A DNA stretch of 63,128 nt, counting the filler, from Stramenopiles sp. TOSAG23-6 (lineage: Eukaryota), in the NCBI GenBank assembly GCA_900128565.1. It is 47 parts of 47 records of this genome, joined end to end, with 100 filler letters (N's around TTAATTAATTAA, not from the genome) between each part and the next. Parts side by side here need not be neighbours in the genome. Positions count along the whole stretch, not along the records: positions 24,384 to 25,631 come from LT639405.1; positions 25,732 to 26,978 come from LT639406.1; positions 27,079 to 28,323 come from LT639407.1; positions 28,424 to 29,668 come from LT639408.1; positions 29,769 to 31,012 come from LT639409.1; positions 31,113 to 32,356 come from LT639410.1; positions 32,457 to 33,700 come from LT639411.1; positions 33,801 to 35,043 come from LT639412.1; 39 more parts are not named here. One strand, written 5' to 3'. This document shows positions 24,586 to 37,882 of the stretch, in pieces. Numbering within the stretch: position 1 is the first letter of the stretch; the number at the start of each line of letters is the position of its first letter. A model generated the notes under the pieces. It searched no databases and was not told where the DNA came from. It saw nothing but the letters and a program-made list of their open reading frames with translations. Made by a program: the position numbers and the translations under genes.

Positions 24586-25631
24586 TCACATTCTAAAAAT
24601 CCCAATCAAATTTGCTCCAAATTGGATTAAAAGTTCTACACATGTAGCAATACCAGAGCAAGTTGCCGCATGTAATGGTGTTTGGCCACTGCTATCTGGT
24701 ATGTCTATATATGCAATATCACTTTGTACTATTTTATCCTCATTATCACTTTGTACTATTTTATCCTCATCATTATGACACAAAATCAAAGATTTCTGTT
24801 TCTCTAATAAAAGTTTTGTGATCACTGTATTACCTGCACTTGCAGCAAGTAACAGTGGTGTACTATTTGTGACATCTTTGGAATATAAAAGTTTTTTCAT
24901 AAAAGACATTCTCTGATCTACATCTGAGGCTGATGTTTGGAGGATTTGTTTCACTGCCACACAATCACCAAACGCAACAGCTAAATGTAATAAAGTTCGT
25001 CCATGCTTAAATGTTCTTGGGTTTAGATGCTGTGAGTTGTCATCTGTAAAAGATCCTGGTAAAAGATTCGAATTGAAATGGTCATATAAAAGTGAGGCAA
25101 GTCCCCATTTACGACACTTGACTGAAACGTCACCTGGAAGGAGGCCGTTCTTCATTTTTATCAATGGATTAGCTCCTTTTTCTAATAAAACCTCACAAAT
25201 ATTGAGATATGAGTTATCATACTTTAATCGACTATCTTTATCACCAAGAATTTTGTATGCATTAGTTATTCTAACAAACCATTCTTCACGCATCTTCACC
25301 TCATCTGAGTGGCCTACAATTTTATCTGTTTGGCCAACAACTTTTCGTTGTTTGTCAGGATGTAATTGTAGGGCAAATTTATGATATGCTTTAGTAATTT
25401 CTCTTCCTGTCGCACTACTACAAACACCGAGTAATTCATATAAGTTATCCTTTTGTAAACCACCACCAGACGCAGCAATGTGTAAAGGAGTAGCACCACT
25501 AGACAAATTCGCCTGAATGTTTACTGAAGCTTTTAAGTCTAGAAGAATTCTCACAGTCTCTAAGTCACCATTATTGCAAGCCTCATGGAGTGACGTAAGC
25601 CCCTCGGAATCACTAGCATCCACATTTGCTC
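24586..25631 (-). CDS. Ankyrin-repeat protein with an embedded DnaJ domain
   Basis: Several TPLH/TPLL ankyrin motifs; LYELLGV...HPDK...AYKILGD J-domain. Confidence 0.88.
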
Positions 25632-25731
25632 NNNNNNNNNNNNNNNNNNNNNNNNNNNNNNNNNNNNNNNNNNNNTTAATTAATTAANNNNNNNNNNNNN
25701 NNNNNNNNNNNNNNNNNNNNNNNNNNNNNNN

Positions 25732-26609
25732 CTCAAAAAAGTTTTGACGGGCACAAAACGCAGTTTTTATCGTGGAATGTTGACGACCTTCAGCGGAAAT
25801 ATAACAATACAAATGTAGAAACAAAGAATAAGAATATAGATGCTGATATAGTTGGAGCTAAAGCGTTTGCTCTAAAACGTGATCAAATAATTATTCGTCA
25901 ACTGTCAGCTAAGCTTGTGGGTAGAAGTGGCTCATTTAGAAAAACTTTGGGTTATTTTGCAGGTATATATGATGGACTTCACCACGGTATCGTTGATTTT
26001 AATACGAGAGATTTAATACATGCTTTTAAAAATATGGGTATTACAGCCAGTGATGCTGAATTTCATCGCCTTTGCCAAAGACTCATCAAAACAGATGGTG
26101 TAACAAGTTAGCAAAATCACCGCCACCACTTCCGAAGTTTCATACGCCACACAGTAGTCAAATTTCACTAGATCCTGCAGGAAGACCACACGTAGACCGA
26201 GGTAAGCGGATGACAGATGCCAATATGGCCCGTGGTCAGCACACGCATATTTCAGCATCAGGTGGTTATCTAACTGTCGTTCATGCTGATGTTCCTCCTT
26301 TAAATATTTACCAAAATAAAGATGAAATTGGACGTCAACAAAAATTGGCACAGAATTCTAATGGTAATTTGAATAGCAAACAAGCAAATACAAATGAAAT
26401 TTCTTCCATGCATAGAGCAAATATATCCAACTTAACAGGGTCTGGATGTTGCATAAAAGAAGCTTTTAAAAATCATATAAATTTAAGTACAAAAACGGAA
26501 TTAATTCAAAAATGTGATTCGAATAAACCAATGGCAAGTATTAGTCATCTTTTTGGAGCTACAGTTGTAATAAATAATGAAAAATCAAAAGTTACGGGAA
26601 AGAAACGTG
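25732..26609 (+). CDS. Hypothetical protein with EF-hand-like segment, frameshift near 26090
   Basis: Two overlapping ORFs. DLIHAFKNMGITASDAEF resembles an EF-hand. Confidence 0.45.
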
Positions 26610-26757
26610 NNNNNNNNNNNNNNNNNNNNNNNNNNNNNNNNNNNNNNNNNNNNNNNNNNNNNNAGTTTCAAAATTAAAGTATTCATATTGTACTTTTTTA
26701 ATATTGTTTTGTTTTCATAAAAAAATCTGTACCTAACAAAAATTACATAATTTTTTA

Positions 26758-26978
26758 TCATAGTTTGGGTGATAAACAACCAAAACATTCAATTTCAAGA
26801 ATACAAGTTGAATCTTTTGGTCTTTGTTTAAAGAGTAAAGTTCCTTTTGTAAATATTATATCCGCAGGTATCACAATTTCCCATTTATCCCCTTTTTTCA
26901 TTTTTAACATAACCTCTTCTATTTCAGGTCCAAAGTCAGATGTCAAAATCTCTATAGGGTTTGTTTTTTTAGTAAAAG
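26758..26978 (-). CDS. FKBP-type PPIase-like C-terminus
   Basis: EEVMLKMKKGDKWEIVIP...CILEIE. Confidence 0.6.
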
Positions 26979-27161
26979 NNNNNNNNNNNNNNNNNNNNNN
27001 NNNNNNNNNNNNNNNNNNNNNNTTAATTAATTAANNNNNNNNNNNNNNNNNNNNNNNNNNNNNNNNNNNNNNNNNNNNTATTTCTGAAAATATTTCTGAA
27101 AATATTTCTGAAAATATTTCTGAAAATATTTCTGAAAATATTTCTGAAAATATTTCTATAG

Positions 27162-28210
27162 ATTTGGACGATAACCCTAACCCTACCCTCAAACAAAATA
27201 ATAAGTATTATGGTCAATGTGGCATTGTATTTGCTTTACAACAAGCTATTGGTAATACATCTATTGCTTTAGGCTCAGCGAATCCAAAAAGAACTAAACG
27301 AATAAATTATGTACATAACCCTAACCCTAAAAAACCCTAACCCTAAAAAAAACCTAAACCTAAAAAACCCTAACCCTAAAAAAAAACTAAAAATTCATTT
27401 CCTAAAACCTAAAAAAAAATCGTAGCAAATTTTGTACCTAACAAATTTCAAACGTTTAAAAATATTTTTTTGTACTCCAGGCTTCAGAGAACTTTGCTCA
27501 AAATTATGTGGCATGTATGTTTTTATTTTTTTCTTACAAAAACATCGATTTTTTTTTTTTTGATTTTTTTTCATAAAAAAATTTTGTACCTAACAAATTT
27601 TTTTTTTTTAGAAAATTTTGAAATATTTTTCCAAAATACATCGCCAAAAGTCTCCGCTGCAGCATTTCGTATTCCAGTTTTGTCTAAAGCTCGGCGTGAA
27701 ATCAAATCGATAAGTCAAGATGTGTTAGCAAGATGGTACGTTACCATTTTGAACCCTACTATATGAATTTGGCATTAGGGTTAGGGTATGAATTTCATCA
27801 TTTTTTTTTTTAATTTTTTTTTTTAAATTTTTTTTTTAAATTTTTTTTTTTAAATTTTAATTTCAATTTCAATGTTTTTATTTTTTTTTGCATGATATAT
27901 TTTCTCAACTAATATGTGGGATTTTCGAGAAGAGATATTTCTTACTCTTTTAACCATTCTTCATTGGTTTAGATCTGAAATAATAAAAACAAGAATTTGT
28001 ACCGATATAAATTTGAAATCAGGAAATCTGTTAGGTACGAAATTTACTATGAAAAAAAATATAAATTTGAAATCGAATTTGCAATTTGGCGAAATTTTGA
28101 CTTTGGTAGCAAAACAATTACAGATAGGTCTTCGCGGTGGTCTCCCACCCTCTTTAATTGCATCACATATGCAGGTTGTTGATGAAATTGTTCAACATTA
28201 TGGAAGTAAT
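27162..28210 (+). CDS. Hypothetical protein fragment, 4 exons; introns 27311-27480 (GT-AG), 27515-27641 (GT-AT), 27736-27915 (GT-AT)
   Basis: Frame continuous after splicing: RINY|ASENFAQNYVA S PKV...LAR W WDFREE. Confidence 0.7.
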
Positions 28211-28488
28211 GAATGTTTGTTTTCATTATTATTTTTTTAGATTTTTTTTTTTTAAACAAAAAATCGAATTTTTTTTTTTTAAAATTTTTTTCCTAACAAT
28301 ATTTTTTTTTTTTTTTTTTTTTTNNNNNNNNNNNNNNNNNNNNNNNNNNNNNNNNNNNNNNNNNNNNTTAATTAATTAANNNNNNNNNNNNNNNNNNNNN
28401 NNNNNNNNNNNNNNNNNNNNNNNGTTTTATATTCTATATTTTTCAATGACTCAATATTAGAATGTTTTTTATATCACTTCAAATATAG

Positions 28489-28900
28489 ATGGCTCACTCA
28501 TAATGAAATTACAAGCTTTGACGGATTACCAGTACTTTCTCAACTAAAATTCTTGTACGTGATACTACTACCAATCTCTACTATAATTAACTATGTTTTA
28601 TATTCTATATTTTTCAATGACTCAATATTAGAATGTTATTTATATCACTTCAAATATAGGAGTCTCGACAATAATCAAATTACAAGCTTTCACGGATTAC
28701 CATTACTTCCTCAACTGACAAATTTGTACTTGATAATTGTACCATTCCCTACTATAATCAACAATGTTTTATATTTAATATTTTTGAATGACTCAATATT
28801 ACAATGTTTTTTATATCACTACAAATATAGGTTTCTCAGAGAGACTCACATTACAAGCGATGATATACCCGAGGAATATCGTGACATTTTTTTCATTTAG
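28489..28900 (+). CDS. LRR protein 3' end, one 22-aa LRR per 66-nt exon (28489-28554, 28660-28725, 28831-28900)
   Basis: LxLxxNxITSFxGLPxLxxL. 105-nt GT-AG phase-2 introns that are copies of each other. Confidence 0.88.
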
Positions 28901-29822
28901 ATCGTTTCCAGAAGAAGTGTGGATTCGGCTGACGACATCATGAATGTATTATACTTCTTAAAGCTCGTAGATGTAAGGCATTTGACTACTATATATTATT
29001 ATGCAAGAACTACAGGTAATACTTTTTTTTTTTATAATTTAATGTTGTACATATTTTTATTAAATTATAAAATAATAATACAAAGATATGACATTTTATT
29101 CATTTGTGATTGTGNTTTNANTTTACNAAANTTNAAATATANGNAACNCAACTATAATTTTGAGTCACTGTCGATGGTAATTTTTTAAAATTATTTTTGT
29201 TTTTGGTAGGAAATGTAGTACCTAACAAATTTTGAAAAAAAAAATTGAAATATTTTTCCAAAATGGGTACAGTTTGGAATATACATACCCATTGGAATAT
29301 ATTTTGACAAGTGTTTTACTTAAAATTTTATTTTAAAATGGAACATTTGTCCAACTTAATAAAATGTTTATACATTGAAAGTTAAACATCTCATCATTAT
29401 TAATTTATTATATATTAATTAAATTTTGTTTTTTTGTTAGGTACGAAATTTCGTATGAAAAAAAATTTCAATTTTTTTTTATTTTTTATATCCTATCTTG
29501 TTTTTTAACCTTGTACAAACGTATTGATTAATCATTTTTGCAAAAGTAAACATCATATCTTGTTTTAACTTTGTATAAACTTGTAGATGGTTCAACATCT
29601 CCAATAAACCCTGCATGTATTTTGGAAAAATATTTCAAAAAAAAAAACTAAAATTTGTTAGGTACAAANNNNNNNNNNNNNNNNNNNNNNNNNNNNNNNN
29701 NNNNNNNNNNNNTTAATTAATTAANNNNNNNNNNNNNNNNNNNNNNNNNNNNNNNNNNNNNNNNNNNNGTACAAAATTTCGTACGAAAAAAAAACTCGAA
29801 TTTGAAAAAAAATAAAACATAC

Positions 29823-30938
29823 ACGCTGATCCTTTCGCATTTAAATTTGCTTCAGTATCCAACAACGCAAATTCTTTCATTTGCGCTTTATTTTTGAAGA
29901 AAGTTTGCATATTGGAAGGCAAAGGAAATCCTTGAGCAAGATTCTCAACCTGGAGTAAATTAGATCTATCCGAATATTGCCATCCCTCGCCATTGTTAGG
30001 GTTTCGATTGGTATTATAATCAGATCCGTGAAGTTGAACATGCAACAAGTCCCCATTAGACACAGTCAGTTCACTTGGAACAAAACCATACTCAACAGCA
30101 GGATATGCTTGTACAATATTGCCACGTTTTCCTCTTACGTTAACATTCCATGTATTGTGAAAAATATTTTTTTTCAATCGTTAGGTACAAAATTTACTAT
30201 AAAAATAATTTTAAAAAAAAAAAAAAAGATAAATTTGAAATGGATAATGAAAACGTACAAATCTTTTGTCCTTGGGCTTCTGATGGTCGTCTTCTTATTC
30301 GAAAAACATGAGACCGATCCTGAAATGTTCGCCCAGATTGATCTGTGTTGATTGCAATTGCTAATTTTGGTGTACTTAATCGATCTTCGTCATCGACAAA
30401 AGCTTGAACATGAGTGGTAAAAAAATATTTTTTTTTTTCGTAAAAAACAATTCGTTAGGTACGGAATTTCGTACGAAAAGAAATAAATTCGAAATTTAAT
30501 TTTGAAAACGTACAAACGGACGATTGTATAATGGGATGTTTCCATTTACAAGTGTATTTTGACATCCTGCTTGTTCTTGTGTGTTTGTACCTGGGTTGTT
30601 ATCATTTGCTTCAGGACAGTTAAATTTTGCGTCTACAAATTCACCACTTCCCGTCATGTATTGTGAAAAAAATATTGTTTTTTTGTCAGTAAAAAACATT
30701 TGTTAGGTATGAAATTTGTTACAAAAAGAAAACATTTCAATCCATGATGAAAACGTACATACCTGCCATCGAAGGATAATCTTGAGTAGTGATATTGTAT
30801 CGAAATCGTAATACGCAATCAATAGTGTCACCTTGGAATGTATTCAATTCACTGAATTCAGGGATCTTCCACTCGTAGTGTGCCGTCGTCCCCCCCCCCT
30901 AGTTCGACATTCTCAATTGCGACATCATCATTTGGTAC
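29823..30938 (-). CDS. DD3-3-like protein fragment, 4 exons; GT-AT introns 30150-30258, 30410-30513, 30656-30758
   Basis: CVLRFRYNI, LAIAINTDQSGRTFQDRSHVF, NVRGKRGNIVQAYPAVEY. Confidence 0.85.
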
Positions 30939-31163
30939 ATGTATTTTGGAAAAATATTCAAAAAAAAAAAAAAAAATTGTTAGGTACAAAATTTCGTATG
31001 AAAAAAAAAAATNNNNNNNNNNNNNNNNNNNNNNNNNNNNNNNNNNNNNNNNNNNNTTAATTAATTAANNNNNNNNNNNNNNNNNNNNNNNNNNNNNNNN
31101 NNNNNNNNNNNNGTACGAAAAATAAATTCGATTTTTTTGTTAAAAAAAAAAAATAAAACATAC

Positions 31164-32224
31164 ATACCCACCATAACTTCAGCATGTTGCTCTGCAAAAG
31201 AAAATAATTCTGGAAACTCATTTTGATCAATTTCTCCATACAAACTCTCCAATAATTCGACCGTAGCAAGACGAGTCTTTTGTCCAGCATCATGAAGATG
31301 CTTTGGAATATACATCATTTTCGATTTAAATAATTTAGGCGCAATTTTAAGCCACTGACCAAGAGCGTATAAAGCCTCTGCGCGTATGAAGTCATGGTGA
31401 TCTGAACGTCGATGGACGAATATTGAGTCTGCGGCTTTTTTCACCCAAGTTTTCAAAACATGCAATTGTTGTCTTTGTTCGGCAACTTGTTTCGAAAGAG
31501 CCTCAATTTTATTAGATTCTGTTTTACTCATTTTTCCTTTCTTTTTCTTTGCAGATTTTGCTGTTTGTAATCGACGATTAGAAACAGAGTGTTCAACTAA
31601 AATGTCCTTACGAATATGTAATAAAGAAGTAACAAGAGCATATGCTGATAAAGAAGCAGTATGACGAAAACTTCGAATAGAGCCTGATGAAATTGTACTT
31701 AACCATAAAATGCACTTTTCCACAAGAGGAACATTTCGAGCACCCTTTTCAGAATTTTGAAATAGAACATCTCTACCACCCTCTTTTGGAAGCGCTGACC
31801 AAAATGCAGTGACTCGAGTTCTAACTCGAATAGCTTGCTTCAATTTTGCAGCTTTCCTGCACTCTTCGTTTAGAGGATAGTCGTCGTCATCCCAGGAATG
31901 TTTACATAGTTCATTGACTACTGACTGAACATTGACAACTTTTGAAAATTTTGATGATCCAAAGTGTCGGTGTAAAGTTTCGATTCCACTAGGACGCACT
32001 CCCATTGAAGAAACCAAAGCAAACGCTAACAACTCACGCTGACATGCGACAGGACTCTCATGGTCATTTCCATCTACAGACTGACTTGCAGATGATGCTT
32101 TGATATACCTAGAAACCCAACGTTGAGTAATAATGTCTATATCGCCATTATCGTGTACTTCCCTAAACATTTGAGTTAATTTTTTGGATAAATCATCATC
32201 AGGAGCCACGACAAGCCGGCGCAT
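31164..32224 (-). CDS. Cohesin subunit SA/Scc3 (STAG domain) fragment
   Basis: RSFRHTASL and FVHRRSD...IRAEALYALGQW. Confidence 0.88.
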
Positions 32225-32532
32225 CTTTGATCTCGATTTACTTTTGACTTTATTTGAAGTTTTTTTTTATTGCTGTCTTACGCATTCTTCCTTGCAATAC
32301 ATACTCATCTTCACTAAAATCAGGATCTGAGGAACCACTACTCTTTGTGTCGTTTTNNNNNNNNNNNNNNNNNNNNNNNNNNNNNNNNNNNNNNNNNNNN
32401 TTAATTAATTAANNNNNNNNNNNNNNNNNNNNNNNNNNNNNNNNNNNNNNNNNNNNTGAAACAAATGATTTAAAAGAAATTGTTAGGTAAACAATTTCGT
32501 ACCAAAAAAATTAAATTGAAATTGAAACATAC

Positions 32533-33582
32533 CCAACCAGCACCAGTAATACGACACCCAAGAGCACCATGTTTTAGTGCACATTGTTGAAGTTCATCAA
32601 TCCTCTCTGTTGAAGCTTCATTTATTTTGTGAAAATATTTAAAAAAAAAAAAAAAATCGTTAGGTACGAAATTTCGTATGAAAAAAAAATTAAAACAAAA
32701 AAAAAAAAAAAAAAAAAAAAAAAAANNNNNNNNNNNNNNNNNNNNNNNNNNNNNNNNNNNNNNNNNNNNNNNNNNNNNNNNNNNNNNNNNNNNNNNNNNN
32801 NNNNNNNNNNNNNNNNNNNNNNNNNNNNNNNNNNNNNNNNNNNNNNNNNNNNNNNNNNNNNNNNNNNNNNNNNNNNNNNNNNNNNNNNNNNNNNNNNNNN
32901 NNNNNNNNNNNNNNNNNNNNNNNNNNNNNNNNNNNNNNNNNNTTGGTAAAAAAAAAAAATTAAATTTTTAAATTTAAAAAAAAAAAAAAAAAAAAAATGG
33001 TTAGGTACAAATTTTCGTACGAAAAAAATAAATTCAAATCTTTAAAAAAAAAAAAAAAAACATACATGAATTGCCCTTTCTAAGCATTTAATATCACATT
33101 TCGATGCATCTTTAGCCATGGTATTAATAACATTAGTTGCTAAATCTTCACGATTTGGAAACAAAACAGCAGACGTATCTCCGGACAGATTTGTTCCAAA
33201 TCCCAAAGATTTTGCAATGATTGAAGATGAAAAAAATTCTTTTGTAATTGCATTTAAATTCTGTTTTGCAATTTTTTGCATTCCACCTGTTAAAACTTTT
33301 TTTCCAGTTCTTTTTTCTAAATTAGTTTGAATATGTTTTAAATTTGTACATTTTGCATTAAATTTTAATTGTTTTTGTAATAAGGCTGAAGCCAAACCAC
33401 CCTCAACAACACGCCTATTGAAACAGGTTTGTGCCGTATCTGCTTTTTGAGCTTTTTTTCCTGAATGTAAAACAACAAATGAAGCATTTTTTGGTAATTC
33501 AATATTTTTTGTTACTAATTTTGGTTCAAATGTAACATGTAATGCATTCCCTTTTTTTGATAGGCACGAAACTGCTTGATCC
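32533..33582 (-). CDS. GALK: Galactokinase (GALK2-like), multi-exon fragment
   Basis: MDQA, FNRRVVE, RAIH, EAS...IDEL, GCRITGAGW. Exons bounded by family introns ending CAT and AAT. Confidence 0.9.
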
Positions 33583-33649
33583 ATGTATTTTGAAAAAATA
33601 TTTCAAAAAAAAAATTTTAAAATTTTTGTTAGGTACAAAATTTCGTATG

Positions 33650-33700
<51 letters not shown>

Positions 33701-33800
33701 NNNNNNNNNNNNNNNNNNNNNNNNNNNNNNNNNNNNNNNNNNNNTTAATTAATTAANNNNNNNNNNNNNNNNNNNNNNNNNNNNNNNNNNNNNNNNNNNN

Positions 33801-34605
33801 ACAGCAAAATCGCTTGGACTTACACAAGAAGAGTTCAATTCAATAAAGTTACCACCTGTTCGAAAATCTCTTAAGTATCAAGTTGGTTGGTATGAAGGTG
33901 AAGATGGTACGTTTCCATCATGAATTTTAAATTAATTTCTTTTTTCATACGAAATTTTGTACCTAACGATTTTTTTCTACATTTTTTTTCCACAACACAT
34001 GGTGTCCGCAAAACCTTCGGAATTGGATCGAAAAATCCGCTGATTTTTTCCAGGCAGTCCTCAATGTTGGTGTGGCAAAGGGGAAAGCATTCGATCATTG
34101 CTTTGCAGTACTAGATGAGATAGATGTTTGCTACAATCATCTATCAAAATCTAAAATGCGTATGGATTTTGATGAAATGTTCAGTGCAGCCGAAGGACAT
34201 TGCTCTTGGGCATTTAAGGCACCCAAAAGTCTAACTCTTGATGGAAAACCTTTTGTTGAAATTGATGACTTCGAATGGTCCTATACAAGCCGACATGTAA
34301 ATGTGGCGGTTCATTTGGCGCGTGCAGCTGCGTTGCAGTATAAAAACGGCACTCTCGATGAAGATATTCTTAAGAAAGTCATTGAGAAATCGGAACGTCG
34401 CAATGCTTTCATTTTTTTACAAGGGTATACAGGTAAAGGTAATTCTATTTTATCTAAATCTTCTTGGAAAGAAGGATTTCCAAAAAAAGAAGGATTTGAA
34501 TTTGGCAAAGAAGATACTGTATTTGAACCAAAACCAGAATTTATTGCTGCACAAGATTGGACCGCTCTTGAACAGTATGTTTTCAGAAAAGTAACCACTG
34601 CTTAA
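33801..34605 (+). CDS. Hypothetical protein, 3' part; GT-AT intron 33907-34000
   Basis: GAT G|GG TGT CCG join gives an uninterrupted frame to the TAA at 34605. Confidence 0.7.
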
Positions 34606-34860
34606 AAGAAGTAGAAAAGTATGTCTTTGTAATCAATATAGAGACTGAAAATTCATATTCCCAAAGTTCTTTATCAAATTGAATATTTTACTTCCGTCGT
34701 AGTATTGAAAAAATGATACATGGAATATTTTGCTACCATTATAGTTTGGAAAAAAATAATAAATCATGATATTTTTAGGAATTATTTATTACATCAATGA
34801 AAAAAATAATCAGCTAGAATGTTCGCAACCAACATTCAGAAAACCTATCATAAAAAAAAC

Positions 34861-35043
34861 TTACTATGCAGCTGCTTTGATAAGTTGTGCAACTACTCCG
34901 TCATGACCTTTCATTGAAGCAATAATCAATGGGCACCATTATCAATAAGTAGTCGAACTACTCCCTCATGACCATTTTGTGAAGCAAAATACAATGGGGT
35001 ATATCCGTCGATATCTGCCTGATTTACATTTGCACCATTATCA
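34861..35043 (-). pseudogene. Degenerate ankyrin repeats
   Basis: NGANVNQADIDGYTPLYFASQNGHEGVVRLL followed by a broken repeat. Confidence 0.5.
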
Positions 35044-35146
35044 NNNNNNNNNNNNNNNNNNNNNNNNNNNNNNNNNNNNNNNNNNNNTTAATTAATTAAN
35101 NNNNNNNNNNNNNNNNNNNNNNNNNNNNNNNNNNNNNNNNNNNTTT

Positions 35147-35190
<44 letters not shown>

Positions 35191-35198
35191 CAATACAG

Positions 35199-36317
35199 GA
35201 AGCATTTACAACACGAATATTAGCTGAATTTGATTTTTTTCTAGACTCTTACGCACACGAAATCGGAGTTTTATTAATTGAACCTCAATTTGGTTCTATA
35301 ATAGCTGCCATGCCTTGGGATCCAAAATTACTTTATGAGTATATATGTTTTATTTTTTTTTTCAAATTCCAATTTTTTTTTTTATAAAAATTTTGTACCT
35401 AACTAACAATTTTAGATTTTTTTTTTTTGAAATATTTTTCCAAAATATATATTTACAGAGCACAAGAACGAGGAATTTTCGTGTGTGCTGATGAAGTGAT
35501 GTGTGGATTAGGACGTCATGGAAAATTAGACAATTTGTTTTTGAGTGGTTGTACATTTTCATTATGACTATATGAATGTAAGGTTTTTTTTTTATACAAA
35601 ATTTTGTACCTAAGAAATTTTAATTTTTTTTTTAAAATCTTTTTTCAAAGTACATGTCTTGATATACCACCAGTCGATGCTGTAACATTTGGAAAATCAA
35701 TAGGTAATTTTTTTTTTTTTTAATTTTTTTTTTTAATTTTTTTTTTTTGGTTTTCATACGAAATTTTCATAGAAAACAATTTTTTATATTTGGAATATAT
35801 TTTTATATTGTAGGTGGTGGTGTATTTCCAATATCAGGAGCAATTCTAAGACAAGGTGCCTCAGAACTTGGCTTACATGGACAATCTGTTTTGCAATCTC
35901 ATACATGAATGTTTTATTTTTTTTCAATTTTTTGTCTAAATTTTTTTTTTTGTTTTTTTTGTTTTTTTATAAAAATTTTGTACCTAAGAAATTTTTGAAT
36001 TTTTTTTTTTAAATATTTTCCAAAAATACATATTGTGGCAGTTCTGAATTGGCTATTTTAGCAGCAACATCAACTCTTACAATGATTAAACAATGGCAAC
36101 CTCATATCCAAAATATATCAAAAATTCTTGAAAATATTTTTAATGATATTTCAAATGAAACAAATGATACAATTCTCATTCATGGTCAAGGTTTGATGTG
36201 GGGTGGAATTTTTCAACATTCTGATAAAGAGTTAAGAAATGAAGCAAAGATGATTTTACAAAAAAAATGTGAAGAACAAGGTGTTTTGCCTTATTTTGTA
36301 CCAGTTGGAGGATTCAT
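35199..36317 (+). CDS. Class-III PLP aminotransferase, 5 exons; introns 35343-35450, 35551-35655, 35704-35813, 35907-36031
   Basis: IEPQ, ADEVMCGLGRHG, DAVTFGKSIGGG, SHTYCG, GQGLMWG. Confidence 0.92.
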
Positions 36318-36608
36318 GTATGTTTTATTTATTTATTTTTTTTTTCAATTTCGAATTTATTTTTTTCGTACGAAATTTTGTACCTANNNNNNNNNNNNNN
36401 NNNNNNNNNNNNNNNNNNNNNNNNNNNNNNTTAATTAATTAANNNNNNNNNNNNNNNNNNNNNNNNNNNNNNNNNNNNNNNNNNNNTTGGAAAAATATTT
36501 CAAAATTTACCAAAAAAAAAAATTTGTTAGGTACAAAATTTTTTTACCAAAAAAAAAATAAATTCGATTTTTTTTTTTTCGGTAAAAAAAAAAAAATAAA
36601 AACATACA

Positions 36609-37679
36609 TTCGCACGAAAAACGAAAAGCTCAATAAGATCCGGTCTTGTAGAAATTATTGACTGTATGATGTTTTCTTTAGAAATTTGTTTCTTTTTAAA
36701 GTGTAAAGCAGGTGATGAACATTTGAAACAAATTTCATAAATGTCAAATAACCATTGTACAATTCGAAACGTGGGTTTATTTTGGAAAAATATTTAAAAA
36801 AAAAAACTAAAATTTGTTAGGTACAAAATTTCGTACGAAAATCAAAAAAAAAAAAAAAATCGAATTTTTTTGTAAAAAAAATAAAATAAAACATACGTCC
36901 TGGACCACAAAGCATCAATGATGTGAGTAACCATTTTATATATATTGTTTAAAAATATTTCAAAACAAATAAAAAATTTTATTTTTTTGGTTTTTTTGGT
37001 TTTTTGGTTAGTTGCAAATGTTTTGAATTTTTTTTTTTTTGTTTTTGGTTAGGTACAAAATTTCGTATGAAAAAAAAAAATTAAAAAAACAAAAAATATA
37101 CATTGAAATGAATGATGAAAACATACACGGAACTCTTTCGGTATCTTTGTTTCATATTCTTCACTATTAGGGTTAGGGTTTATAAGACTATTGGGGGTAT
37201 CCAGCTTTATCTTTGATACATGTTCGACAACATGACAACTACTACTATCATTATACGGTGTTACAAAAATATTAAAAAAAAAAAATTGTAAGATTAAAAA
37301 AAAAAAAAAAATAAATAAATAAAAAATAAAAAAAAAATAAAAAAAATACATTGAAAACAACTTACCTGAAGACCAGTGTAGATATCTTTTTCACTTCCAT
37401 TTATATCAATGACAACAATATTATTATGTCGCCATTCAATGCGATATACATCTTTATAATTTGATACTACTTTTTTCATTGTACGGCAATATTCAATTTG
37501 AGCAGAACTTAATCTATTCGAAATTGAGTTTGTACCAAATTTTGTACCTAATGAATTTTGAGACCCTTCATATTTGTTTTTTAATGATTTATATTTTGAC
37601 TCCCAGATTTCACATGTACCATTATTTAGTAACAATGCAATAGTATTTCCATTCCTTGTAGGTGAAATCATTCTTGGAA
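36609..37679 (-). CDS. Hypothetical protein fragment, 4 exons
   Basis: Frame continuous across introns 36940-37126 (GT-AT) and 36775-36896 (GT-AC). Confidence 0.65.
36775..36896 (-). other. Family intron, GT...AC, with flanking AC direct repeat
   Basis: GGA C|GTATGT ... CCAAAATAAAC|CC ACG gives CGPG P TFRIVQW. Confidence 0.75.
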
Positions 37680-37697
37680 CTTGTGTAGTTAAAAATA

Positions 37698-37729
<32 letters not shown>

Positions 37730-37882
37730 NNNNNNNNNNNNNNNNNNNNNNNNNNNNNNNNNNNNNNNNNNNNTTAATTAATTAANNNNNNNNNNNNNNN
37801 NNNNNNNNNNNNNNNNNNNNNNNNNNNNNTACGAAATTTTGTACCTAACGATTTTTTTTTGAAATATTTTTCCAAAATACAT

